From positions 3,534,001-3,598,000 of the forward strand of contig NC_043013.1 of assembly GCF_006345805.1 (NCBI RefSeq): a stretch of 64,000 nucleotides of DNA, given 5' to 3'. Shown piece after piece: positions 12,694 through 25,760 of this stretch (its first letter is position 1; every line of letters starts with the position of its first letter). The position numbers were made by a program, and so were the translations under genes. This DNA comes from Octopus sinensis (lineage: Eukaryota). The notes under the pieces are model-generated. The model made no database searches, was not told where the DNA came from, and saw only the letters and a program-made list of their open reading frames with translations.

Positions 12694-13996
12694 CCTTGTA
12701 TACCAGAACATACAGTTTCACTAGCACTGGTTACAATATGAAGTGCCCACGTTTGCTAATGAGCAAGATTTGCGTTATAAAGTGTAGTTTTACTAGAATA
12801 TGATTAAAAAGTGCTGAGTACTTTTCTTGATTCAGTTTCAGTCTGCAATAAACGATACCAGTCAGTGAATTGTGAGGTAGATCGACCAACAATATCTGTT
12901 GTTTGTTTGTTGAGGACGTCCTGATGAGAGACTTTGAAAGTTTGCCAGATAATGGATTGCGTTTACTCATCTCTGTTTCTGAAGAACGTTTCGATATGTA
13001 TGCGTCATCACCGTCGTCGTCGTCGTTGTCGTCATCAACAACAACATCATCATCATCATCAGGTCGAGCTTCCTCAAATTTGTATGACTCTGATCTTCTC
13101 CTCATTGCCATCTCCTATGCTATATGATAGTTCTCCTCAACGACATCCAGTGACATCTGTTGGCTGATCAACGTTTGTCTTTGCAGCCGGACTAATGCGA
13201 TTGCAACCATTTCGAGGTGCACAAAATAGGATTCTCTAACCAGCCCTCCAAATTTCAAAGCTTTTTCGAGGAGTATCGCTTAGAGAACCGTCGTCCTAGA
13301 GAAGTAAGGAGGGACGAAAATTCATTAAAAGTTGGCAGGGATCTGTTTGGCCAGGAACTGACCACTTCTACTAATAGCCCGTATTTTTTAGTCCAATACC
13401 AAGAGCAAATACTTTCCATTCATCAAAGGAATTGAAAAACGAAGAATCCCTGTGAAATTCGGAATGTGATTTAGAAATGCTCACACCAGGCTGCACATGC
13501 GCGTATAATGTAGTATAATAGTACGAAATTTTTTGTTCCTGTTAAATCGATTAACTCCATTGGGTGAGATATCTCGGTTTGTCAACTTTCTAAGGTCTTA
13601 TAAATTGTTTATAAGATTACAATCAGGTTTTTTCGCATCTGTCTGTCTGTCACTTTGTATGAATGTATGTATATATATATGTGTTATTATAGTACGTGAC
13701 GGTGAGGGGAATTCGCATTAAATTGTTGTCGTGTGTTTTTCCAGTGTAACTTCATTCAATTCGATATTATCGAATATTATCCCTCTATCTCCAAGATTTT
13801 GTCAATACTTACTGTACCGTACATGACAATTACATAGAAATCATTGACCATAACAGGAAAACCTTACTCTTTCACAAAAACTCTTCCAGAATTAAAATCA
13901 ACAAGCTTTACCAGTTGATTTGATGTCAGAGTTTTGTGATCTTATGAGTAATAATATCAGAGAGACGCATAAGACAAAATTTAGGACTACAGATAT

Positions 13997-14314
13997 GTAT
14001 TTCTTTACTGCCCACAAGGGGCTAAACATAGAGGGGACAAACAAGGACAGACAAACGGATTAAGTCAATTACATCGACCCCAGTGCGTAACTGGTACTTT
14101 ATTTATCGACCCCGAAAGGATGAACGGCAAAGTCGACCTCGGCGGAATTTGAACTCAGAACGTAACGGCAGACGAAATACCGCAAAGCATTTTGCCCGGC
14201 GTGCTAACGTTTCTGCCAGCTCCACCTTCCTCAGCGGAATTTGAACTCAGAACGTAACGGCAGACGAAATACGGCTACGCATTTCGCCCGGTGTGCTAAC
14301 GTTTCTGCCAGCTC
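13997..14314 (-). mobile_element. SINE family B with duplicated 5' head, 11-bp TSD
   Basis: TSD actacagatat at 13986-13996 and 14315-14325; 14232-14314 repeats approx 14143-14223. Confidence 0.88.
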
Positions 14315-14800
14315 ACTACAGATATAATGCTACAAACTCCTTTTGTTGCATATCAACGCCACCTGGAAGACAAACTCAAAACAGATTTTGTTAACGTTTA
14401 TAATTTCGATCTTAAAAATGTTCACAAATATTTCCACAGTTTACTTCTTAGTTGTCATATTCAAACTAAGCGCTGATAAGCTTAAATCATGCAGGAAACC
14501 AAACAAAAATCTCGTGTACATTACTTTCTATCCCTACCACCGACAATAGCGTTTTCAAACTCTGAGTCAAAAACATTATGAGAAAAATCACTACACAGTC
14601 GTCATACACTAGCTGCAACAGTTCATAAAAATGTGATTTGCCATACCCTATCACCTGCCAAATACGATCAAGAAAGGATGTCAGAAATTAATTAGTTCAA
14701 ATCATACTTTCTCATTAAAATACCTTACGCCTTACATTTTTCGGTCAACCACCCGTAAAGAAAATTATTCAATAAAAATTGTTTGAACTTAAGCTATATA

Positions 14801-15190
14801 TTTTAGTTTTTACTTGCTTCAGGCATTAGGCTACGGCCATGCTGGGGCACCGCCTTGGAGAATTTTTAGTCAAATGAATTGACCTCAATATTTTTTTTTA
14901 AAGCTTGGTACTTATTCTATCGGCTCTTTTGCCGAACCGCTAAGTTACGGAGACGTAAACACACCAACACTGGTTGCTAAGAGGTGGTGGGGGACAGACA
15001 CAAAGACACACACGTATAGATATATGTATATATACGACGGGCTTCTTTCAGTTTCCGTCCACCAAATCCACTCACAAGGCTTTGGTCGGGCCGAGGCTAT
15101 AGTGGAAGACTCTTGCCCAAGTTCCACGCAGTGGAATTGAACATGGAACCATGTGATTAGGAAGCAAGCCTCCTACCACACAGCCACGCC
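14801..15190 (-). mobile_element. SINE family A
   Basis: Reverse complement of the family A head and tail. Confidence 0.85.
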
Positions 15191-15204
15191 CAAATTGTTT
15201 GAAC

Positions 15205-15206
<2 letters not shown>

Positions 15207-15278
<72 letters not shown>

Positions 15279-15354
15279 CTTTTTCTATTTGGCTTGCAAG
15301 ATACTTTATGTGAATTCGTGTGTTGAAGCATATTTTATTGTGTATGTATATTTT

Positions 15355-15413
<59 letters not shown>

Positions 15414-15436
15414 ATATAATATATATATTATATAAT

Positions 15437-15470
<34 letters not shown>
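15207..15470. repeat. (TA)n-rich microsatellite block
   Basis: Directly visible. Confidence 0.9.
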
Positions 15471-15471
<1 letters not shown>

Positions 15472-16017
15472 CCAAATGTAAGTGTATTTTGTTTCATTTT
15501 TATATTTACATTTTTATAATTGTACTTTATAACCTCTGACGAGGCCTTGAGATATATATATATATATATAAGTACCTCATTTTTAACTGCATATTACCTC
15601 AATACATCTGACTAATATAGACAGAATGAGATACTTTTATCTATAAGCTGAAACAGCTGTAAGGACCATTTTATGTGTATTATTCTTATGGTATTATTAT
15701 CTTGCATATTGATGTATATTGTTTTGTTCGATTTGGATGTCCCTATTTATGTAGTTAATAAATAATATGAAATGGTAATATCTGTAAGTTGATGATTGAA
15801 ATGAATTTGTTCCTCCATTTTCTTATTTGTATTATGAATTTACGGTAAAATATTTTACTTTCGCCCATCCGATACAATAAATGAATTAATTGCATTGCAA
15901 TTATAAGCATTTATATATTTGGCATTTGGGTGCTTCACCAGCAGTATATTGGATAACTGATATCCCATAGTGGGTTACCTTCATAACCCCTATCTTACTT
16001 TGTACTATATATATATA

Positions 16018-16411
16018 TATAAACAAAGGCAAAAGAAAGTTATTTCTATGCCAATATGCTGATAACACTTCTAAATCGTCAATTTCCACATATTATTATA
16101 TACCCACTACAGAAATACGTTGTGCTGAAAAAGCTTCGGCTTTTTTTTTCCATGGGCGCATGTAACTAATTCGTTTATTTCTATTCGTATTTTCTACTGA
16201 AGAGGAAAAAATCTATTATGAGATTAATTCCGAAATTGATTCAATAAAGAAATAACGAACTTTTTTTTTAAAATTCTGTTGGCTAGCTTTTTTCGATTTC
16301 AGTACTACGTATTTCTGTGGTGGGTATATAATAATATGTGGAAATTGACGATTTAAAAGTCTGTTATCAGCATATTGGCATAGAAATAATTTTCTTTTGC
16401 CCTTGTTTATA
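16018..16411. mobile_element. Foldback/MITE-like element with approx 100-bp inverted arms
   Basis: 16018-16120 is the near-exact reverse complement of 16307-16411. Confidence 0.7.
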
Positions 16412-16502
16412 AGTTGTTTATAATTTTAACCTTTAAAGGTATTTTAATATGCTGCCACTTTTTGATGAAATTTTTTTCTGTAAAAAACTTCATCTTATAT
16501 TA

Positions 16503-16557
<55 letters not shown>

Positions 16558-18184
16558 GTGTGTGTGTTTTGGACAAAAAGCCTTGTAACGTGCGTTTAAA
16601 AGCTCATGTCTCTGGTCAGCTACCACATATTAATTATATCCTGGGGTAACTCAAGGTATGGGTCTGCATGTGGAACTCCTTTCTGCTTTTATATATATAG
16701 AGAGAGAGGTGGGGAGAGGCAATTATGCGGATAAACAAATTAGATACATTAAATATATCAAATATAATAGTTTGGGGATGAAATACAAAATATGTATATT
16801 TATATGTATACATACAAAACGAGAGAAAGCAAAAGGTGGAGACTTTCAGATGATGAATTTTTAAGTATAAATATATAGATATTTGTATTAATAAGTTCAA
16901 GTTAGGGAGAGTATAAACTACAGAGAAAATTTAAAAGATGGGAAAAGGGTGTTATAAGTCCAACTGGAACAAATGCCAATAAGCGTTTTCTTCGACGCTC
17001 TTGTAGTTAGTTGGTCCAATAGCATTGAAATAATGGAACAAATGCAGCTTTGTTCGGTCTTTGACATTGTTCACTTTCAAAGTCACTCGTTATTAAGAAA
17101 CCGGAATCTGTAAAATATGTTACGCTATCAATGAAATCGATGTCGAAATAATTATGCACGCTAAAAAATGATCGTTTTTACCACGAAAATGCAGGAATGG
17201 AGGACATACAGGTCCGTTTGATACCAGTGTGAGTAACGATGGAGCTAATGAAGTGAAAATGTAGTCTATGTGCTACAGAAAATCTCTCTATATATAAACG
17301 GCAAAATGTCTATGTGTGTGTGTCCTTTATACAAATCCACAATTTTTCAGTTAGAGGGCTCACACTTTCTATGGTCATTTAAAACCGTCCAAGGATGGTC
17401 GTGCACATCTTTACATTTCCCCAGTCACCCTGCAAAGACATTTAAAAAATCAATAAAAGTGACTTTTTTGTGAATTTTCTATCCAAAACCCAATCAAAAT
17501 GCCCGAAACTCGATACGCCAACTGAATGCCAGCAAGCTGTATGTGATTGGTCGGAGATTTGGACAGTACTCGCGTGTATGTGCGCACGCACGCAGCTGTA
17601 TATGCATGCACTAGCACTATGACTCGGCGTTACCGGGTCATAGTGCTAGTATATATTAATCAAAATTATCACTAATTTAAGTATAATAATGGATAAATAT
17701 CTAAATGCTCTCTGAAAACTGGTTTTAAATGGTACATATAGAACAGTGATAGAAACACCCGAATGATTGGCCAAATGTAGACACCGAGACTAGCAAAAAC
17801 TTTACAGCAGTTTGTCTGGTAAGAAGGTGGTCGGGATTTGGATAAAAACTTTCGTCCATTTCGGAGATTCATCTTGGTGAATCATTGGAGGGAACAAAGG
17901 CGCTCAATAAAGAGTTTTTATCCAAATCCTGACTACCTTCTTTTTCTTTATATATAAAATCTGTATGCCACCTCGAACAAATTTATGTATATGCACGCAC
18001 GCACACACACACGCACACACACACACACACACTCACACATACACACAAATACACAAATGCACATATATATGTGCGTATATGTATGTATGTATGTATATGT
18101 AAATAGATAGATAATGTACGTACTGATATGTATTTGTATATATATGTATGTGTACATATATATTTATATATATATATATATATA

Positions 18185-18264
18185 TACATACATACATACA
18201 TACGTACGTACGTACGTACATACATACATACATACATACATACATACATACATACATACATACA

Positions 18265-18298
<34 letters not shown>

Positions 18299-18355
18299 CA
18301 TACATATATACATATATGTGTGTGTGTGTGTACGTGCGTGTATGTATATATATAC

Positions 18356-18387
<32 letters not shown>

Positions 18388-18430
18388 GTGTGTGTGTGCG
18401 TGTGTGTGTGCGTGTGTGTGTGTGCGTGTG
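18185..18430. repeat. (TACA)n, (GATA)n and (TG)n microsatellites
   Basis: Directly visible. Confidence 0.9.
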
Positions 18431-19744
18431 TGTGGGGGGTGTACAGACGCAGAATGTTCTGTTATATGGCGTAGTATCTGTGTGGAGGGTTTTTGTTGTT
18501 TTTTTTGTTTTCCCTCAGCTCAGCTCTCGTCTATCTGTCGAATGTCAACTTTGTTGTGTCTGGTGCGGAATATGCAAATACAGTGACATGCAAAATGAGA
18601 AAGCTCTTCATCGTACTTTGGCATTTGGTCGAAAAACAATTTCCCATTCTTAGAGACTCAATAATTTCATAATTAATGTGTTGGTGTTGGAATCGTGATA
18701 AAACGAATATGTCAATTTGTTCAGCGTTATGCGCATGCTTAATGTCAAAGGATTTTTCCCTTTTCAACAGTAAATTCTCCTAATGCATACAAATAGGTGG
18801 TTGAGAAACTCTCTCTCCGTATCCACCGGGACCATCCCAGTATCAGGGACCAAGTCTTTTGACTGGTTCCTGCCGGGTCGTTTTTATTATACACACATCC
18901 AACAAATTGTGTGTGAGAGAGAGAGAGTGTGTGTGTGTGTGTGTGGTGTGTGTGTGTGTGTGGTGTGTGTGTGTGTGTGTGTGTGTGACTTGCTGGATCT
19001 GGACAAATATATACGTATGTATATTTATATTTACAAACACTAGAAACTCTCTTAATTCAAAAAGTTTTCTCACTCCGTTAACGACCGGTTTCAACTCTAT
19101 TAAAAAGTGCTAAATTAAAATTCAAAGAAAAATATACCAATAAAAGCAGCAATCATGTGCAAACATAACATATCTGATATTGTTCTGTGGGACAGGGAAC
19201 AGAAGTCAGAAGCCTGGCGGATGTGAAAAAATTCAGAAAAAAGAGAAACATTTATGGTGAATTTTGCGTAACTCGCAGCTCTTGTACTCTAAGCCAGGTT
19301 TTTCTAAGAAAGAGCAAAAGAAATAGTAAACGTGCTTCCGCGAAATCCAATGAAAATTTGTAAGACATTCTAAAGATGATTCATATGAGACTCTTTGAAT
19401 GAATATAGGCACACGCCCAGTTGTGTGCATCGACAAGGACACGTTTGTAAATAGTAACAGTGCACACGCGCGCGCACACAAACACCTGAGCACTAAAGAG
19501 ACATGAACACACGAAATATTAATGCAGGTGTATATACACCAATGCATATGCGCACCGCATCTCAATTATTGGACAGGACCTGCCTTAACTCAAAAAGTCT
19601 TGTCACTTTGTTAGCGACTTGATTGAATCCCGTTAAGAACTTATATAAGCCTCAAAGAAAAGCATATATAATACACACATACATATATGCATGAATACAC
19701 ACACACATACACACGCGTACATACATATATAGCTCGTTAGCTCT

Positions 19745-19920
19745 TACACGCATTTTTTCTCTCCTTGTTATTTTTTCTGTGTATCTTTCTATCGAAGAGC
19801 GTAGGCTCGAAACGTAAAAGACTTGTTTTATTTATATTTCCTGAGCGCCATACTAATACAATTGTTTGTTTGTACTCCACCTGCCTTCGTCTTTTGTTTA
19901 TTTTCGTAAACTTTCCCTTT
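19745..19920 (+). mobile_element. PLE-type terminal repeat, solo copy
   Basis: Homologous to 61424-61585. Confidence 0.65.
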
Positions 19921-19931
19921 ACATACATATA

Positions 19932-20220
19932 TATATGGCTTAGTGGTTAAGGTGTTGCACTCACGATTGCGAGATCCTGAGTTCGATTCTCAGACCGGGC
20001 AGTGCGTTGTATTCTTGAGCAAAGCACTTCATTTCAGGTTGCTCTGCGATCATTTGACATGTGGCACCCAGTTGCACCTGTAGAGGTAATATCGATTTGT
20101 TAGAGGGAGTGAGCTTATGTCTACACAAGCATTTTGATCACTATAAACGAATCATCTGTGTGGTTGTTCGGTAAGAAATTGCCGAACCCTCATACGTCGT
20201 CTAATGACGGGAGAGTCCAT
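19932..20220 (+). mobile_element. tRNA-derived SINE related to family C
   Basis: A box TGGCTTAGTGG and B box GAGTTCGATTC; 3' end cc(c)tcat.cgtcgt...gacgg shared with 3048-3445. Confidence 0.75.
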
Positions 20221-20503
20221 CTCATATGTGTGTGTGTGTGTGTGTGTGTATGTGTTGATGGTGGTGATGATGATAATATCTTTCGTAGTTTGAGAAAATT
20301 TGTTGTTCTACAATTTCTTGCTGAGCAACCTGCACCAATAATTTGTTTATAGTAATCAGTTGTTTGAGCTCCTTCATTACTCAACTCACTCCATCAACTC
20401 GACATTGGCTGCAGAGGTGCAGGATGTTGCACACGTGAGGTGTGGAAGTGACTGCGCGGCAACCTGAGATGAAGTGTTTTGCACGAGAACACAACACGCA
20501 CAA

Positions 20504-20794
20504 GGCGCAGCAGTGGCTGTGTGGTAAGTTGCTTGCTAGCCAACCACATGGTTCCGGGTTCAGTCCCACTGCGTGGCACCTTGGGCAAGTGTCTTCTACT
20601 ATAGCCTCGGGCCGACCAAAGCCTTGTGAGCGAATTTGGTACACGGAAACTGAAAGAAGCCCGTCGTATATATGTATATATATATATATATGCGTGTGTG
20701 TGTGTCTGTGTTTGTCCCCCTAGCATCGCTTGACAACCGATACTGGTGTGTTTATGTCCCCGTTACTTAGTGGTTCGGCAAAATAGTAAAAGAG
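20504..20794 (+). mobile_element. SINE family A, 3'-truncated
   Basis: Homology to the other copies. Confidence 0.85.
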
Positions 20795-21807
20795 CACCAC
20801 CTGATCCAGTAACTGAAATTACGATCCTAAGTGCAACACCCTCGCACATACACACACACACACACACCACATACACACACATACGCACACATGCGCGCGC
20901 ACACACACTCGACTGGCTTCTGTGCAGTTTCCTTCAACTAAATTTCACTCACAAAGTATTAGCCAGCTAGAGACCATAATAGAAAACCCCTGCCCAATGT
21001 GCTGGGGCATGTCATTGTAAAGCGAACTTCTTCGCTACACACCAATGCCTTCGTCTCTTTTATCTTCAGAGTTCCGATCTCGTATCCGTCGGCATTCTAT
21101 TCTATACATCTCAGATCGACAAAATATAAAAGATCAACGTAGTATGCCTCTGTCGCTAATATATATTTCTTAACAAGCTAACTGGCTAATTACGACACCA
21201 GCACCACTCCTGGCGCTGATTTACTATACATTACTCGCGAGGAGATGAATTGCTACAATCTTTAGCAGTCCAGCGTCCATCATTGACAAGACCAACTGAA
21301 GGTCGAAATGATGTGATCTGGTGGTCTCGGCGCTGGAGATGGCGGGCATTTGTCTACCCGCTAGCGATATAAACAAGAGTGCATTTTGCACCGAAAAGCC
21401 AATATGAGGGCTTCTCGCATGGTATCTACTGCAGTGTAGTTTATTCTAATAGAACATCCACGTTTAAGTGAGAATAAATATTACCTAACATAGTACAGTG
21501 ATTAAATCAACGAAAACCTATCATAGAATTACGAGATTTTGTACAAGACTTCGAAATCCTTGGTCAAGCGACAGAAGTGCGTCCATTAGCGTTTCTTCAC
21601 GTTCCATTTTGACTGACTTTGCCTTCATTCTTCTGGGGGTCATTAAAATAAAGTAGGTTGATTAACTGACTGCACCAACTCTTCCTAAATCTAAAGCTTT
21701 GTGCTTATATTTCAAATCATAATTATTATTTATATCGTGTTCAGTTTCCTCGCATATCTTTTTTATTTGTAGTCTCGGAACGTATTATAATGCTCGTGTT
21801 GCCCTAA

Positions 21808-22085
21808 TCTTTATATATAAAAGTGAAGTTGTGTGAGTGTCTGTCTACTCCGATTTAGATTCCTAACTACTCCCACATTTTGCGGTGCAGTTTAACCAAA
21901 AGCGAGTATCTTATAGTCGTGATTCATATTGAGCCCTTCTGGGTATTAGCGCGCGTCTACGATGAGTCTACGATTTTTTAAAAAATTTGCCATCATTTTT
22001 CCGCATTATTAATGCATTTTTCCTCGGTTTATATAAGGGAAGTAACTCTCTAAAAATGCCGAGCAACGCCAGGCGATACTGCTAG
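21808..22085 (+). mobile_element. Non-autonomous Helitron (278 bp)
   Basis: A|TCTTTATATATAAAAG 5' end; subterminal GC hairpin gccgagcaacgccaggc; CTAG|T 3' end; no TSD. Confidence 0.8.
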
Positions 22086-22475
22086 TTGCAAATATTGGAA
22101 TTGTTATTATAGCTGTAGCAAAAATTAGATCAAGAAAAAAAGTACGACAAAAGATGTCTACACATTCTGACCTATCTTTGTCCATTTGAATGCCAGACGT
22201 GACGTGACGTCACGATATTTGACACTATTGTGCAGCGCCCTCTTACGAATGGCCTTTGGTAATACGTGTTTGGTCTGTTAAGAACATCCCGTCTATTCCG
22301 TCTCCCATGTGATTTCTTTCCAAGAACTCATTTCCTTTCTTCCCTTTTCTATTGACTTGAAGCAATAAACTTTCTTAAATTGCCTTTCCTGTCACACCAT
22401 CTCCGTCTCAAATCTAACCTACTCATATCCCATTGCTGCAGCGAAATTATTCATCAAGACACGCGTTATGCATGG

Positions 22476-22579
<104 letters not shown>

Positions 22580-23493
22580 GCGTATGTGAATATATACAAA
22601 AACAAGACTGTGTAAGACAATGAAACAAGAATCGAGAAATCAAGAATGGTTGAGAATGAAATTTTTGTTACTTAATCCCAGACCAGCCCCGATCAACTCG
22701 TTACCACCAGCGCCATCTTAAGATATGGACAACGAAGCTGTTTTTGGGAAGGCCCTACAGACCTATGATCTCAAGAATAATTTATATATGCTATAGTTGT
22801 GTGTGTAGGATTCCATTGCATTGTTTTGCCCTGGAGGCTATAATGGTTTTAATTCTAGTCATAAATATTCATCCTTTTATTTAGACATCGTACATCAAAG
22901 ATTGCATTATCCTATGTCTTTTCTTTTTTAATACAACAGAGGGTGATTTGAGGGAAATTTTGCAGTTATTTCTAGCAGAGATTCTTCGGTTAGTTTGTGA
23001 GGATGAGATATGTAGATGTCAGAGGCGAATAATACACTGATGCAGCTCGATGTTTTGTCAGTGAACAGGTCGCGGTCTCAAAGCGATGAAAATATTTTGA
23101 CAAATTAAACTTAAATGTTGAAGTGAATCGAACGGTTTTGTGTGTTTCTTAAATGGCTTACAAACACCTTCCTTCGTTCCAGCACACGATCTCAGATCAA
23201 GTCACTCGCTATGCAAGTACATCTCCAATAATACACTATTGTCAACTTAATAGAAAATAAGATGTGCTGCACGAGACGCATGACGAGGTGAACCGGTTTC
23301 GATTCTCTTTTGAGTACTTACAATTCTAAAAAGGGGAAAATATTACATTTTTAACTCGTTCCTCATCGGCAAAAAACATTATAGGGAAATCAGTATGGCT
23401 TAAGCCTGAACCCTGTTTATGGGCACTACTCAGAGAACATGTGAAACAATTGTCGTAGTTTCTATTGCAATCTGAGAAGTTAGTAAATTCCAT

Positions 23494-23876
23494 TTTCTCT
23501 CTTTTACTTGTTTCAGTCATGTGACTGTGGCCATCCTGGAGCACCGCCTTTAGTCGAGTAAATCGCCCCCAGAACTTATTCTTTGCAAGCCTAGTACTTA
23601 TTCTATCCGTCTCTTTTGCCGAACCGCTAAGTTACGGGGACGGAAACACACCATCGTCAAACGATGTTGGGGGGACAAACAAACACATACATTCATATAT
23701 ATATACATATATACGATGGGCTTCTTTCAGTTTCCGTCTACCAGATCCACTCACAAGGCTTTAGTCGGCCCGAGGCTATAGTAGAAAACACTTGCCCAAG
23801 GTGCCACGTAGTGGGACTGAACCCGGAACCATGTGGTTCGTAAGCAAGCTACTTACCACACAGCCACTCCTACGCC
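23494..23876 (-). mobile_element. SINE family A
   Basis: Full-length reverse-complement copy. Confidence 0.9.
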
Positions 23877-24344
23877 TATGAATAAAATCAATAAGGTTGT
23901 ATATCTGATTAATAAATATATGGCACAACTTCCAGGGTGGTTACTCAGACTTTGATATTATTCAGTAGCACATGTATATGTCGAGTGCAAAGGCAATACC
24001 TGTGTTCACTTTGAATGTTTATTGCAAAAAGTTTAGAAAATAAGGTAGGAACCCCAGCGTGCTGCAGTTGTGGGGAAAACAGGAGGAGCAGGAAAAGTGT
24101 TTAGAGAAGAGGCTGAAAGAGGGAAATTGTAGTGTAAGTGAGGAAGAAATACAGACGTGTTGGAATGGCCAGGATGAAAGGTCTGTTCGGATGAAAAGGT
24201 CAATTCAGAAAATAAGAGATCGCTGCAGTAGAAATAGAGACAGCGGCAATGAGAATCCCGGTTTGACAGTGATTGCAGCTTATAAGTGGATCTCTGCTCA
24301 CCAACTGACCATCCCTCATTTCGCTGGAGTTTAGAGGTCGTCGT

Positions 24345-24710
24345 CTCTTTACTCTTTTGCTTGTTTCAGTCATGTGACTGCGGCCATGCTGGAGCACCGC
24401 CTTTAGTCCAGCAAATCGACCCCGGGACTTATTCTTTGTAAGCCCAGTACTTATTCTATCGGTCTCTTTTGCCGAACCGCTAGGTTACGGGGACGTAAAC
24501 ACACCAGCATCGGTTGTCAAGCAATGCTAGGGAGACAAACACATACACACACATACATATATATATAAATATATACGACAGGCTTCTTTCAGTTTCCGTC
24601 TACCAAATCCACTCACAAGGCATTGGTCGGCCCGGGGCTATAGCAGAAGACTGAACCCGGAACCATGTGGTTGGTTAGCAAGCTACTTACTACACAGCCA
24701 CTCCTGCGTC
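24345..24710 (-). mobile_element. SINE family A (small internal deletion)
   Basis: Homology to the other copies. Confidence 0.9.
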
Positions 24711-25552
24711 TGTAGATCTTTCACGAGCTTTGTTGAGCTCCAACGGGTTTTTAAATACACTACTGGACAAAACCTTAAGACCAGTGAAAAAACTGCCGAA
24801 ATGAAATCCTCGCAGACCGATATATTCGACTATTTTTCATTATAGATTCATAATTGGCAAATAGAAGAGGATATACGAAACGCTAAAGAAATGTTTAACA
24901 CTTAAACTCAGTAGATAAAGAAGGACGCGAAATGCAGATAAGCATTCTGTCCGGCGTGCTAACGGTTTTGCCAGAATCACCTAAGGTGTGTGTGTGTGTG
25001 AGGGAAGGTAGAAAAGGAGGACACTCTAGACATATAACTGATATTCCTAGTGAACTCTGCTTTATTATCTATTAATCTACTGACATCAATTTCCAGTTAT
25101 AGTCATTTTTTTTCTTCAGCCAGAAACGTGTGTGTGTGTGTGTGTGAGACATAAATAAACTTGGTCTAGGTTTATTTATTCTTTAGACTTAGATCGGCGC
25201 TGAACACGTTCCAGATTTCGTTTTTTTTATGACTGTGTTGTTTAAATTATTGAGCACGCAAAATAGCGAAAATCAAAACAATTGTATATTGATTCTTGAC
25301 ACTTTCCGGCAGATTTGAACGATTGACTGTTAGCTTTCATCTTCGGAAAACAACTCCTTGTACACAGCATGTGTTGACAACATATACGATTCGGTAAAGT
25401 AGCAGATAGTCTGAGACGCTGTTCCTTCGGGATGCTTGTGCCTCTTCAATCAGAGACACCGCCTGGAGCTATGAATCTGAGTCAGGTTCTTATTTATAGA
25501 ATTCAGCAAACAAAATATTTGTGGATGTGTGATAATATGTCAGCCAATCATT

Positions 25553-25760
25553 AAGGCGGCGATCTGGCAAAATCGTTAGCACGCCGGGTAGAATGCTTAG
25601 CGACGTTTCGTCCGTCTCTGCGTTCCGAGTTCAAATTCCGCCGCGGTCGACTTTGCCTCTCATCCATTCGGGGTTGATAAAATAAGTACCAGTTGAACAC
25701 TGGAGTCAATGTAATAGACTGACCCCTTTCCCCGAAAGTGCTGACCTTGTGCCAGAATCT
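25553..25760 (+). mobile_element. SINE family B variant
   Basis: AAGGCGGCGATCTGGCAAAATCGTTAGCAC head, B box, Nin-like core. Confidence 0.8.

Noticed and set aside
10680-13320. Alternative genetic code (TAA/TAG read as Gln) to explain scattered stops
   Set aside because: TGA also appears in frame upstream, the flanking DNA carries host SINEs, and TDP-43 uses the standard code; ordinary decay is sufficient.
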